From the human T2T-CHM13v2.0 reference genome, Homo sapiens: a DNA stretch of 64,000 nucleotides. The translations under genes were made by a program, and so were the position numbers. Where the stretch lies: NCBI RefSeq assembly GCF_009914755.1, contig NC_060931.1; one strand, given 5' to 3'. The notes beneath the pieces were generated by a model. It made no database searches. It worked only from the letters and a program-made list of their open reading frames with translations, and had not been told where the DNA came from. Shown piece after piece: positions 1 to 14,299 of this stretch. Every line of letters starts with the position of its first letter. Within the stretch, counting starts at the first letter, position 1.

Positions 1-116
1 GGTGTGTGTGTGGTGTGTGTGGTATGTGTCTTTGTGTGGTGTAGTGTGTGTGTCGTGTGTATGTATGTGTGTGTGTGGTGTGTGTGGTGTGTGTGTGGTG
101 TAGTGTGTGTGGTGTG
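1..116 (+). repeat. GT-rich simple/low-complexity repeat (truncated by window start)
   Basis: Degenerate (GT)n/GTGTG run. Confidence 0.95.
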
Positions 117-1164
117 CATGTAAGATCCATTATGTTACATAAGATCCATTCAGGTTATGTGCGTCCATTTTCTCAGTATTCTCAGGTGCACACAGGAAAA
201 TGCCTTCTTCACAGAGAAGCACATAATGGTGGACGCTTGAGTCCATTTGGAGAAAGACTGAGAACACTAACGTTTAACTTCCTGGATTCTTCTCAGCCAG
301 TTGGTGGATTTTCTTTTAAACTTTACACATTTTATGTGGCTTCAAGGGACAGCAAAATGTTACAAAACTGAAAGCCAAACAGAAATATGCCTTGAAGAAG
401 TTGCAGACGCTGTTTTCTAAAAACACTGTTTTTGGTTCTGTCAGCAGGAAACGGCAGCTTTCTTTCTATGTCACAAACGATGGTGGCTCCTGGGGTCACC
501 CAGTCAACAACAGCTGCCAAGACACCAGCTTCTCGAGGCACCGCCCTCCTGAGCTCTTGGCGCCACGAGGTCATTGGCCAAGCATTTGAAGAGTGAATCA
601 CCGGTGTGCGCGTGGACACCCAGGCCACTGCTGGGACCCTGCGACCTAGGCTGGCTGCTGCCGCTGCCTCTGAGCAAGGGGCTTGGGAAGGGTGCCTCAA
701 TAAGCTGCTGATTGCTGTGGCAGCTGTGCCCTCTTCTGCCAGCCTCTCTGCGAAATGATGTAAAACGTGCCCCAGAGCTGTCCCTCCGAGGGCCATGAAT
801 GCCAAGGCACTCACCACCCTCTCCCTCCTTCCCCTGGCTGCTCCTGGGCAACAAGGCCCCACCAGAGACCCAGGTGGAAAGTGCGGGTTGTCTGAGCAAG
901 GTGCGTCCTGAGAGGGGAATGCTGAGGGGCTGTGGGCAGGATGGCACTTCCCACCCACCAAGTGCTCAGAGTGTCAGCATTGTTTCCAAGTCACAGGTGA
1001 AAGTCGAAATACACACCCCCTTCCTTCAACACCTTTTCTTCAGTCACAAATTTGGTGTTTAAAACTAAAATGAAGTTAAGAAAGTGAACTATTTCAGACA
1101 AAACCTCCTTCCTCTTGATGCAACATAGTAAGAGATGTTGGTCCAGCTAAAATTATTTTCTCCT

Positions 1165-2445
1165 AATTAGAGAGACAACCCACAGCATGGATGGTTACAA
1201 ACTGTACATCTGATAAAGGGTTAATACCCAAAATATGTAAGGAACTCAACCCAATAGCAAGAAAACCTGATTTTTAAAATGGGCAAAAGACCTGAACAGA
1301 CATTTCTCAAAAGAAGACATACAAATAGCGAACAGGTTCATGAAAAAATGCTCAACATTACTAATCATTAGAGAAACGCAAATGAAAATCATGAGCTATC
1401 ACATCACACCTGTTGGAATGGATATTCTCAAAAAAGACGAAATGTAAGCGTTCATGGGGATGTGGCGAAAAGGGAATCCTTGTACCCTGTTGGAGAAAAC
1501 ATGAATTAGTTCAGCCATTGTGGAAAACAGTATGGAGGTTCCTCAAAACACTAAAACTACAACTACCATAGTTTCCGGCGATCCCACTACCGGGCTTACA
1601 GCCAAATGAAATGGAATCAGTATGTCGCACAGGCACCTGCACCCCCATGTTTACCACAGGACTACTCACCACAGTCACGATGTGGAAGAAACCTGTGTCC
1701 ATCAGAGGATGAATGGCTGAAGTAAATGTGGTATTACACAATGGAATACTAGTCAGCCTTAGAAAAGGAGAAAATTCTGTCACTTATGACAACATGGACA
1801 AACCTGGAGGACGTCATGTTAAGTGAAATAAGTCAGGCACAGAAAGGCAGATACTGAACGACCTCACTACAAGGGCTGAACTCATGGAAGCAGAGGGCGG
1901 GATGGTTGTTACCAGGGGCTGGGGAAGGAGGGAAGGGAGGAGATGGGGAGATGTCAGTCAAAGGCTGCAAAGCTTTAGTTAGGAGGAATACGTTCTAATG
2001 ATCTATTGCACAGCAGGGTGACTACAGCTAATGCCAGCTGACCTGGGAACAATGAGGGCCTGAGCTGCACAGGTCCACACAGTCAGGTCTGCACAGCAGA
2101 TTCCTCGTCCACAGCCAAACACTGAGGGATGAGAATCCCGTGTATGCGGAGGGCTGACTTTTTGTATTTGTGGGTTCTGCAGGGCCGACTGTGGGACTGG
2201 AGTATAAGATTTTGGTGTCTTGTGGATCCTGGAACCCATCCCCCGTGGATACCAACGGATGCCTGTATATGTTTCAAAATCGATAAGAGCAATTCTCTTA
2301 ACTTCAAATGCTCCCACCACAAAATAAGGATCAAGTATTTGAGGTGATGTTAACTAGCTTGATTCAATCATTCCGCATTGTATATATATCGTAACATCAA
2401 ATCCTACCTCTGAAATGTAACACAATTACGATTTGTCAATTACAA
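1165..2445 (+). mobile_element. L1 3' end (ORF2 C-terminus + 3'UTR, L1MA-type), interrupted by MER8
   Basis: Typical L1 motifs AAATGGGCAAAAGACCTGAACAGACATTTCTCAAAAGAAGACATACAAAT and CAGCCATTGTGGAAAACAGTATGGAGGTTCCTCAAAA; L1MA-like tail TAGCTTGATTCAATCATTCC. Confidence 0.9.
2035..2265 (-). mobile_element. MER8-like TcMar-Tigger non-autonomous DNA transposon
   Basis: Reverse strand reads GGTATCCACGGGGGATGGGTTCCAGGA...CAGTCGGCCCTGCAGAACCCAC...GGTCAGCTG; CAG..CTG termini with TA at the right end; L1 resumes after it. Confidence 0.8.
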
Positions 2446-3218
2446 GTATTCTAACAGTAGCGAAGAAAGGATCCTCTCCTGAAGGGCTCATTTGTGGTCG
2501 CTGCCTTCACCCTCCCTCGGGGTCTTTCTCTCACTTAAGCTTCTGCTCCTCTCACAAGCTCAGGGTCATGTGTTTCCAGTACAGGGAGATATTTTGAATG
2601 ATTTCAGATTTTCTCTGCTTGTTTCTACGGCCCAAACTCAGTTCAGACCCCACATGCATGCCGTGGGTAGGCCAGAAGGCCAGGGAACACGAGTGAGCAC
2701 CGAAATCCACAGCGACATCCAAAAGGTGAGCGTGCGGCTGGAGACGGCGCAGGGCCTGGGCATGCTTGCTGGACCTGGGAGATGTGTCATTGCCTGTTCC
2801 CAAATGGCGTTGTTGCATCCTGGGGTGAACTTTGAGGGAACACGAGCGACTCCATGCCACCTACCAAGTGAAAGGCAGGCCTGATGCCATGCCTGGGGTG
2901 GGGTCCACATCTCCAGTGGTAGAGATGACTCACCACACCACGTGCTCCTCCGCCGCGCCCTTCCCACAGCACTGGCTTAACCTGGGGGACTCTGAGTCCT
3001 TTATCAAGGTTGTCCTGGGAGATGGGAGTTTAAACACCCAGCCCGCAAGGCCACGGCCATTCCCAGGCTTCTCTCTCCACACACCTGGGCTTTGTCAGTG
3101 GGTGCAGTGATCGAGGGCATAACCGGGCTCCATCCCAATGCTGCCTCATCCCTGCAGTCACCCCGCACAGGTGACGCAGGCTTCAGAGGGCCCCGGACCT
3201 CGCCTGAGGGTGAAGAAA

Positions 3219-4340
3219 ATCACGGCATCACTGACAAGGCCGCCATGAGGATCGCGTGAGCAGAAACACGATGATCATGGCTCACTGATGGGGCAGCTCT
3301 GAGGATCGCGTGAGCAGAAACACACAGATAATCACAGAATCACTGACGGGGCCGCTGTGAGGATCGCGTGAACAGAAACACACAGATGATCACAGAATCA
3401 CTGACGGGGCCGCTGTGAGGATCCCGTGAGCAGAAACACACAGATGATCACAGAATCACTGACGGGGCAGCTCTGAGGATCGCGTGAACAGAAACACACA
3501 GATAATCACAGAATCACTGACGGGGCAGCTCTGAGGATCGCGTGAGCAGAAACACACAGATAATCACAGAATCACTGACGGGGCAGCTCTGAGGATCACG
3601 TGAGCAGAAACACACAGATAATCACAGAATCACTGACGGGGCTGCTGTGAGGATCCCGTGAGCAGAAACATGGATGATCACGGCTCACTGACGGGGCAGC
3701 TCTGAGGATCACGTGAGCAGAAACACACAGATAATCACAGAATCACTGACGAGGCCTCTGTGAGGATCCCGTGAGCAGAAACATGGATGATCGCGGCCTG
3801 ACTGGCGGGGCTGCTGTGAGGATCATATGACCAGAAACACGTGGAAGATCATGGCTCACTGACGGGGCTGCTGTGACTATTGCGTGAGCAGAAACACGAT
3901 GATCATGGCTCACTGAATGGGCAGCTCTGAGGATCGCGTGAGCAGAAACATGGATGATCATGGCTCACTGACGGGGAGGTCTGAGGATTGCGTGAGCAGA
4001 AACACAGATAATCACAGAATCACTGAGGGGGCCACTGTGAGGATCGCATGAGCAGAAACACACAGATGATCACGGCTCACTAATGGGGCCGCTGCGAGAA
4101 TCGCGTGAGCAGAAACACGGATGATCATGGCTCACTGACGGGGCAACTCTGAGGATCACGTGAGCAGAAACACACAAATAATCACAGAATCACTGACGGG
4201 GCCACTGTGAGGATCGCGTGAGCAGAAACACACAGATAACCAAGGCCTGACCAACGGGGCTGCTGGGAGGATCCCGTGAGCAGAAACACGGACGATCACA
4301 GCATCACTATCAAGACGGCTCTGAGGATCCTGTGAGCAGG
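3219..4340. repeat. Minisatellite, 58-bp unit, ~19 copies
   Basis: GAGGATCGCGTGAGCAGAAACACACAGATAATCACAGAATCACTGACGGGGCCGCTGT recurs at 3301, 3359, 3417... Confidence 0.97.
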
Positions 4341-4549
4341 ACACTGGTGTGTTATGCTTTAAAGCTTTTCCTTGATCTTGGTGATTTCACGTCTTAGGAA
4401 ACCTCCCTCACTAATCAGCCGGCCCCGTGGGCAATGCAGCTTCTCCTGAAAAGCAAACACTTCAACTTTCAGGCTTCGTGGCCACTGACCTGCTTCTGGC
4501 CAGGGGCAGCCTCCTCCCTACCCCTCGTGTAACGGACTACGGGACTGGA

Positions 4550-5864
4550 CATCTGTCACGATGCCATTTGAGACGGAAAGGGCACTGGGCCAGTGTCTGG
4601 AACTGGCCCGCACGCCTCAGGTCATCTGTCACGATGCCGTTTGAGAGGGAAAGGGCACTGGGCCGGCGTCTGGAACTGGCCCCCACGCCTCAGGTCATCT
4701 GTCACGATGCCATTTGAGACGGAAAGGGCACTGGGCCAGTGTCTGGAACTGGCCCCCACGCCTCAGGTCATCTGTCACGATGCCATTTGAGACGGAAAGG
4801 GCACTGGGCCAGTGTCTGGAACTGGCCCCCACGCCTCAGGTCATCTGTCACGATGCCGTTTGAGACGGAAAGGGCACTGGGCCGGCGTCTGGAACTGGCC
4901 CGCACGCCTCAGGTCATCTGTCACGATGCCATTTGAGACGGAAAGGGCACTGGGCCAGTGTCTGGAACTGGCCCCCACGCCTCAGGTCATCTGTCACGAT
5001 GCCGTTTGAGACGGAAAGGGCACTGGGCCGGCGTCTGGAACTGGCCCACACGCCTCAGGTCATCTGTCACGATGCCGTTTGAGACGGAAAGGGCACTGGG
5101 CCGGCGTCTGGAACTGGCCCCCACGCCTCAGGTCATCTGTCACGATGCCGTTTGAGACGGAAAGGGCACTGGGCCGGCGTCTGGAACTGGCCCGCACGCC
5201 TCAGGTCATCTGTCACGATGCCGTTTGAGACGGAAAGGGCACTGGGCCGGCGTCTGGAACTGGCCCGCACGCCTCAGGTCATCTGTCACGATGCCGTTTG
5301 AGACGGAAAGGGCACTGGGCTGGCGTCTGGAACTGGCCCCCATGCCTCAGGTCATCTGTCACGATGCCGTTTGAGACGGAAAGGGCACTAGGCCGGCGTC
5401 TGGAACTGGCCCACACGCCTCAGGTCATCTGTCACGATGCCGTTTGAGAGGGAAAGGGCACTGGGCTGGCATCTGGAACTGGCCCGCACGCCTCAGGTCA
5501 TCTGTCACGATGCCGTTTGAGAGGGAAAGGGCACGGGGCCGGTGTCTGGAACTGGCCCGCATGCCTCAGGTCATCTGTCACGATGCCGTTTGAGAGGGAA
5601 AGGGCACGGGGCCGGTGTCTGGAACTGGCCCGAATGCCTCAGGTCATCTGTCACGATGCCGTTTGAGACGGAAAGGGCACTGGGCCGGTGTCTGGAACTG
5701 GCCCGCATGCCTCAGGTCATCTGTCACGATGCCGTTTGAGACGGAAAGGGCATTGGGCGGGCGTCCGGAACTGGCCCCCATGCCTCAGGTCATCTGGTCA
5801 CGATGCCATCTGAGATGGAAAGGGCACTGGGCGGGCATCCGGAACTGGCCCCCACGCCTCAGGT
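4550..5864. repeat. Minisatellite, 73-bp unit, ~18 copies
   Basis: CATCTGTCACGATGCCGTTTGAGACGGAAAGGGCACTGGGCCGGCGTCTGGAACTGGCCCCCACGCCTCAGGT; period 4550->4623. Confidence 0.98.
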
Positions 5865-6580
5865 GGGTCTGGCAGGCTGCATTTGTCCCTGGGCCTTGGT
5901 TTTTCCTTCTTCTTGAATAATTAGGAGTCCCTGAAAAGCAATATTTTCCTGGAATCCTCAGCTAAACCAGAAGCTCCTACACACCAAGCCAGAAGAACAT
6001 GCTTCCAAATTTCCTGTGGGTGGATTGACCTGTAGGAACAGGATTTATTATTTTGTTTTCCAGACAGAAGAAATTCTGTTTCTTAACATTTGCAAACTCT
6101 TAGTCCAAGAATGTGGGGGAATTATAATGTATTTCAGAGTTACTCGTGGGTACAATTTTGAAGTAGGTCATGTGACTTTTAGCTTCTTCCTTTTTGAGCT
6201 GTCCAGGTCCCTCCTGTGAACACTCAGCTGCCCCCGACCCGCACTACGATCGTGTCCCTGGGGGAACGCCCGCCTGCACTTGGCATCTTTCCTGTCCGTC
6301 TGTGTGAGTCCCGTCAAAACAGCCATGACTGAGGTACAAACATCTGATAATGATAAACTATCAGAAATACTGATTGCTCCTCAGTTGGCACAGGTTGTAA
6401 TGATTTAAACGTGTCTGCCTCCCTCAATGGCTTTGTTTTCAGTTTTCTTTGTAGGAATATATTACAGCCTCTTCTGTTGGCTATAAAATTCACCCATAGC
6501 TGGGTAATTGAAAAAATAGCAATCCTGATTTTATAGACAGCTGGTGAGAAGTCCTGTTAGGTATTTGAACTTTTTTCATG

Positions 6581-8811
6581 CAGGCATACCTTAGCGATAT
6601 TGTGGATCTAGTTCAGACTACCATAATCAAATGAATATCACAATAAAGCAAGTCACACAAATTTTTTGGTTTTTCAATGCATATAAAAGTTATTTTTATG
6701 CTATATTGTAGTCTTTCCAGTGTGCAATAGCATTATGTCTAAGAAACATTGTATATACCTTAATTGAAAGACTATTGCTAAAAATGCTAATGAGATCTGA
6801 GCTGTCAGCAGGTGGAAATCCTTGCTGATGATGGGGTCTTTCCTTGATGTTGATGGCTGCTGACTGATCAGAGTGGGCGCTGCTGAAAGCTGGGATGGCT
6901 GTGGCAATTTCTTAAAACAATGATGAAGTTGGCTGCATTGACTGACTCTTCCTTTCACAAAACCTTTCTCTATCATGATGCTGTTTGACAACATTTTATC
7001 CCCAGTAGAACTTCTTTCAAAATTGGAATCAACCTCCTAAACTCTGCTGCTGCTTTATCAACTAGGTTTATTTAATATTCTAAATCTTCTGTTGTCATTT
7101 CAACAATATTCACAGCATTTTCACCAGGAGTAGATTCCATCTTAAGTCATTTTCTTTACTTACTCATAAGAAGCATCTTTTTATCCATGTAAGTTTGATG
7201 ATGAGATTGCAGCAGTTCAGTCCCATCTTCAGGCTCCACTTCTAACTCTGGTTCTCTTGCTCTTTCCACCACATCTCTGGTTCCTTCCTCCACCAAAGTC
7301 TTGAACCCCTCATGGTCATCCATGAGCTGGAATCAACTTCTTCCAAACTCCTGTGAATGTTGATATTTTGACCCCCTCTCGTGAATCCCAAATGTTCTTA
7401 ATGACATCTAGAGTGGTGAATTTTTTTCTGAAAGGTTTTCAATTTACTTTGCCCAGATCTATCTGAGGAATTACTATCTATGGCAGTTATGGATGTATGA
7501 AATATATTTCTTAAATGAGACTCAAAAGTTTAGATGACTCCATGGGCTGAAGAATGGTTGTTGTTTCAGCCGGCATGAGAACAACATTCATTCTCCATCA
7601 GAGCTCTTGGGTGACCAGGTGCATTGTCGATGAGCAGTAATATTTTGAAAGGAATATTTTTTGGGCAGTAGGTCTCAACAGTGGGCTTAAAATATTCAGT
7701 AAACCATGCTGTAAACAGATGTGTTGTCATCCAGGCTTTGTTGTTCCGTTTATAGAGCACAGGTAGAGTAGATTTAGTATAATTCTTAAAGGCCCTAGTA
7801 TTTTTGGAATAGTAAATGAGCATTAACTTCAACTTCAAGTCACCAGTGGCATTAGCCCCTCACAAGAGACTCAGCCTGTCCTTCGAAGCTTTGAAGCCAG
7901 GCATTGGCTTCTCCTCTCTAGCTATGAAGGTCTTAGGTGGCATCTTCTTCCAAAAGCTGGCTGCTTCACCTACACTGAAAATCTGTTGTCTAGTGTAGCC
8001 TCCTTCATCACTGATCTTAGCTAGATCTTCTAGATAACTTACTGCAGCTTCACCTTGCACTTTATGTTATGGAGATGGCTTCTTTCCTTATACCTCATGA
8101 ACCAACCCCTGTGAGCTTCCAACTTTTCTTCTGCAGCTTCCTCTCCTCTCTTGGATTTCACAGAATTGAAGAGAGTTCAGCCTGTCACCTCTGGATTAGG
8201 CTGTTTTGCTTTCTCATCATTTATTTGTTCACTGGGGCAGCACTTTTACTTTCCTTCATGAACTTTTCCTTTGCATTCTCAGCTTGGCTAACCATTTTTC
8301 ACAACAGGCCTCGATTTCGGTCTTTCATGCCTTTCAACATGGGTTCCTCACTAAGCTTAACCATTTCTAGCTTTTGATTTAAGGTGAGAGAGGTGTGGCT
8401 TTTTCTTTCATGTGAGCACTTAGAGGCACTTGCCAAATTTAAATATTCTTGAGTCTCAGGAAATAGGGAGGCCCAAGGAGTGGGAGAGAGATGGGGGGAA
8501 GGTTGGTTGGTGGGGCCATTGGAACTTACAACATGTATTAAGTTGGCCACCTTATATGGGTCCCCAAACCATTACAATAGTAACATTAAAGATCAACAGT
8601 CACAGATTACCATAACATTTGTAATAATGAAAAAGTTTGGAATATTATGGTAATTATCAAAATGTGACACAGAAACATGAAGTGAGCACATGCTGTTGGA
8701 AAAATGGCACCTATAGCCTCACTCAATTCAGGGTTGCTACAAACCTTCAGTTTGTGAGAAAAGCAGCACCTGTGAAACACAATAAAGGGAAGTGCAGTAA
8801 AACGAGGCCTG
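6581..8811 (-). mobile_element. Tigger1 DNA transposon, near full length, decayed
   Basis: Terminal repeats CAGGCATACCT (6581) and AAAACGAGG..CCTG (8811); transposase fragments on the minus strand. Confidence 0.93.
7000..8430 (-). pseudogene. Disrupted Tigger1 (pogo/CENP-B-like DDE) transposase
   Basis: ORF fragments [40 protein letters not shown]...[14 protein letters not shown] and NNKAWMT...[13 protein letters not shown]; frameshifts and stops. Confidence 0.88.
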
Positions 8812-9131
8812 TGGGTTCTCCTTCTGGGCTGCCGGATTTCCTGTGGGTTCTCCTGGGCTGCCGAATTTCCTGTGGGTTCTCCTTCTGGGCTGCCGGATTT
8901 CCTGTGGGTTCTCCTGGGCTGCTGAATTTCCTGTGGGTTCTCCTTCTGGGCTGCCGGATTTCCTATGGGTTCTCCTGGGCTGCCAGATTTCCTGTGGGTT
9001 CTCCTGGGCTGCCGAATTTCCTGTGGGTTCTCCTTCTGGGCTGCCGGATTTCCTGTGGGTTCTCCTGGGCTGCTGAATTTCCTGTGGGTTCTCCTTCTGG
9101 GCTGCCGAATTTCCTGTGGGTTCTCCTTCTG
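8808..9131. repeat. Minisatellite, alternating 32/29-bp units, ~10.6 copies
   Basis: CCTGTGGGTTCTCC(TTC)TGGGCTGCCGRATTT. Confidence 0.96.
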
Positions 9132-9665
9132 ACACAGCAGGATTCCTGGTGTCCTTCATCTCCCTGCACGTCATCCATTTAGCTTCCAAATCTCACCTGC
9201 ATCCAGCTCCAACTCCTCCACGCCCTGCTGAATGTCTCCAATTTCTTAGCAGAACATCTCAGCTCTGCTCATGCCTCCACCTGCGTGTCTGCCGCCTGCA
9301 TCAACGCACTGAGGGCTCTGCCAGACCCAGGACTTGCCACGCTTCAGAATCAGTAAGTTAATACTTCTGAAGGGACTTTAGCTTTTCTGGCATATAGCAA
9401 GTTGAATAAATGTGTGTTTTCGTTAGTCTCTGTTTAATTAACCAAAAAATTATTTCAATAATACTGAGGTTTTTTGGGTCTCGGTACATTTTTTTGATAC
9501 TTAAATGTCTCACGTGGCCCACTGGAGAGGAGACATATTTTCAGCATATATGACTATGAAACACTGTTTATGTTTCCTTGGGGGTAAGAAGTAGCAGGGA
9601 TTTGAAGGGAAATGAGAATATAACTGGGTGAAGATAACTGTCTGTTAGGAGAAAAAACTTGGGAC

Positions 9666-10047
9666 TGTAACTCACCCCCCAACTGGGAATGAGCCGAGAG
9701 ATCAAAGAATGACAAGAATGGCTCGGATGAGTCCAGCCTGACGAGTAGGTGAGTTTACTGGGACTCACACACAGGGCACTCCTGGATGGTTGCAGGACAG
9801 CTCTAGAGGTCACCCTACCTCCCAATTCCAAGCTGCTTTTAAGCTAATTTGCTGGGTCTCTGCCTGCAGTGTGTGTGCAATGGGGCTGTTTTCCTTGCTT
9901 TATGTCCCCACACACAGCCCAGGATGTTGGGGTTCTCAGGGACACCTGCTTCTCAGCTGGGTGCCATGGACTTGGCCGGCTGCTGGACCTTCAGCTTTCA
10001 GTGACATACACACTTAAGTAACCTAGTGGGGCACATGTCACACCACA
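9666..10047 (-). mobile_element. ERVL-class solo LTR (LTR32-like)
   Basis: Reverse strand starts TGTGGTGTGAC...AGGTTACTTAAG...GCAGGTGTCCCTGAGAACCC; TG..CA ends; no TSD seen. Confidence 0.65.
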
Positions 10048-11201
10048 CTGCTTTGTGTCATCATGTGTCAGCCCATTTCAGCTAGTGACAGCAGCCTTCA
10101 CCTCTAGATCATTTTATGAAGTTTGTAAAATACAAATCTATACTGCAGGAAAAATGGGCCCAAAAGGCATATTTAATATTTTAAGTAACTTATTTCCTGC
10201 CAATTTGGGGTAAAAATTTCAGTTGCTTTTCCTTAAGACTGGCTAACCCTAAACACTTCCTAAGGCACTCATTATTGGATTGCTAAGCAAATGGGTGTTC
10301 ACCTGAAGAGAAGGAAAATTAATGAGGCTATAAAGTTTAATCATAATAAAGATCATGAAGTCTTGTTTCGTAGCTAAAGAAATTGCCATATCAAAATATT
10401 CTACATCTCACTTTGATGAAATTGAGTTCAAAATTTAGATTTGATAATGAAAAATACGAAGCTAAAACTTATTTTTGTGTTGCCCTTGAGCTTACTCTGA
10501 AAACATGTAAGAGCAGAGAAGTCAGGAAATTTCTGTTGAGTTGAAAAAAACAACACTTTTGCTGATGTGAAAACTGTATGGCTGAACCAGAAAATAAAGA
10601 TATTAACATAAATCCAATAAGGCAAGTTGTCTTACTATTTTGTTTTGTTAACCCAGGACCTCTTGTTCTCTAATTGTTTAAAGGAAATAACTCATAAAGT
10701 CTGACTCAAGCTAGCATTGGTGAGATCAGAGAGCTCAGTAAAAATTCCACACTTCCATGCTGCAGGCAATGAAGATGTCGCTGGAAGGGTGAGACCACCC
10801 AAGGCATCTCTTTGGCAATGAACTCATCCTTAAAGCAGACACGCTCTGACCACCAGTGAATTTTCCCTTCAGTAAAAATAGAGTCATATTTAGCTGGAAA
10901 GGTAGAAGAAAAGTAGGAGTCTATCTATATTTAAACCATATGGTCTGAAGTGAAATGAGAACAAATCTCCTGACAGATTGATGTTAGGAAAATTGAATGA
11001 AACACAAGTGCTTTTCAGCAGATCTAATTCAGAAGGAGGTTACTTGGAGTTGTAACACAGATTCTGACTCTCCTTTCAGTGCCAGGTTCACCGACATCTT
11101 CTGACATTTCTCCTCCTAAGTTGCATTCTGTGCGTAGGGGTTGTCCAAGTTGCTCTCCTCTAAAAAGGGGTTCCAAGAGGAACACATTGAGCAATAATTT
11201 A

Positions 11202-11657
<456 letters not shown>

Positions 11658-12669
11658 TCAACAGATATCAAACTTGAAAGAGTACCTTTTTTATAGTTAT
11701 TTTCACATTTTTAGAATTTTCATAAGGGTTAAGAGTTTACAGGACTTATAGGTGGCTGGCTCATTGAGTCCTCCAAAGAACTACAGAAGATTAAGAGTCC
11801 TCAGCTTCAGTAGGAGATCTTGACTTATCCCATAACCTCCCCGTTTCCTCTAGGGCCTTCTCCATTTATTTACCCTTTTCTCTTAAGATGTCAACATTTC
11901 TTTCTCTGTTAGCTCTTTACCATAGGGTGGTACCATGCCCAAATCTTTCACATTCCAGGAGGGAAAAAAACAAATAAACATAAATGTAAAACATTCTCAA
12001 ATGCACTCTCAACCTAAATGCTTAGCTCTCTCTGTAGCATCCCAGCAAAGCTTTCTGAAGAGCAAATGAGGCTCACTGCCTTCTCTTCCTCGTCAGACAT
12101 CCGCTTCTCCCCCCACTGCAGTTCTGCTGACCTCTTTGACATGCCACGAAAACCGTGTGGACAAGGTCCACTGTGGACTCCGGGTTGTCCAATTGCGAGG
12201 GTCAGCCTTGGTCAGCCTGGCTTCTCGGTGGCGTTTTATGGGGCCAGCCCTGCTCGAGGCTCTCCTGTGTTGGCTTCTTTTGCCACCCTTGGTTCCTCCT
12301 CTTTGCCTTGGGCCAGTTTACTTGATCACATTTTATGTGGCCTGTTTTCCCTCTATCTCCTAAACTGTCAATGTTTCTGGAGTTCCCTCTTCTCTTTATT
12401 CTAAACTAGTTCACTATACATTCCTTTTACCCGTGTTTCTTTGAAACATATAAACATTTTATTTTGGCACTATCATGCTATAATAGGATGGTTGTTTTCC
12501 TGTCTGTTTTCCCCCAAATCGAGTCATTTGATGGGAACTATTTGGAGGAAGGTTGTGTCATGGCTCTGGGTCTTCAGTGGCAACTCAGGACCTTCCCTGT
12601 ACATAGGCAGGTGCTCACTAAGAACTGGTTGGCCTGAGAATAAGTTTTATGCACTCCTGTGACTGCAGT

Positions 12670-13469
12670 GACCATTTATAACTCAGTGACTTTGGACTCT
12701 GAGCTGGGCTCATATCTTTCACCTGAACTCCCGCCTGTGTCTGACAGAGGCACTGTGTGTAATAGTGATTGAGAGCACAGGCTCTGGAGCTCAGCAGTGT
12801 GTTCACATTCAGTTCTGCCCCGACACATTGCCCATCCTCATCAGCCTCTCCATCCACAAAGCAGAGACGATAACATACCTGCGACACGACGAAGGTGAAG
12901 CACACACCACACCAGGCAGAGACCGCATGTGACCTATGACTGCTGCTATTTGTACATTCGCCAGCATGATCCAGTTCTACCCCATTCAAAACTCAATGTG
13001 CAAGTGGATTCCCTGCCTTTGTTACCAGCACCACAGCCTGGAGGTCACTTGAACCAGAAAACTGGAGTTGTCCCAGCTCCATCTCTCCGAAAATTCTTTA
13101 ATACAAAATCACTAGTGTAAGGTAACTTGGACTGTATTTCATGGCTTTGATCAGTCCTTGGGTAACTTCAGTTCTTAGAATAATTAGATATTAATCAGCT
13201 TCACTCCTTGTCTATATGTTTTCAACAAATATAATCCAGTCATTTTGGCCTATTTTCAGGGCCTCTCCAATCGTACACCAGCCAGCTCTTGTAGTCCCAT
13301 TTCTGATTATTGTTCCCCAGAGCCCTTTCATTGGTTCCACCAGTTTTGTCAGCTACTTGGTCATGAACTTGCCTTTAGTTTTCTAAACCTCTGCTCATTG
13401 CTACAATCATTCCTTTTTTGCTTATGCATATCCTATCAATCTTTCAAGGTGAGACTCAAATTCTTCCTC
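12670..13469. mobile_element. Degraded L2 fragments with a MIR piece (~12760-12860)
   Basis: L2-like AAACTCAATGTG...CCAGAAAACTGGAGTTGTCC; MIR-like GAGAGCACAGGCTCTGGAGC. Confidence 0.5.
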
Positions 13470-14295
<826 letters not shown>

Positions 14296-14299
14296 CCCT

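Noticed and set aside
332-961. 209-aa ORF in GC-rich sequence
   Set aside because: Non-ATG start, no recognisable domain, overlapping ORFs on both strands; expected by chance.
3219-5864. CRISPR-like appearance of regular arrays (also 35915-38098 and 42922-43680)
   Set aside because: Head-to-tail units without unique spacers, no cas genes, primate repeat context.
6581-8811. Domesticated TIGD1-like transposase gene
   Set aside because: The ORF is broken by stops, frameshifts and an apparent internal deletion.
8637-9189. 181/150-aa ORFs
   Set aside because: Read-through of the Tigger1 end into the minisatellite.
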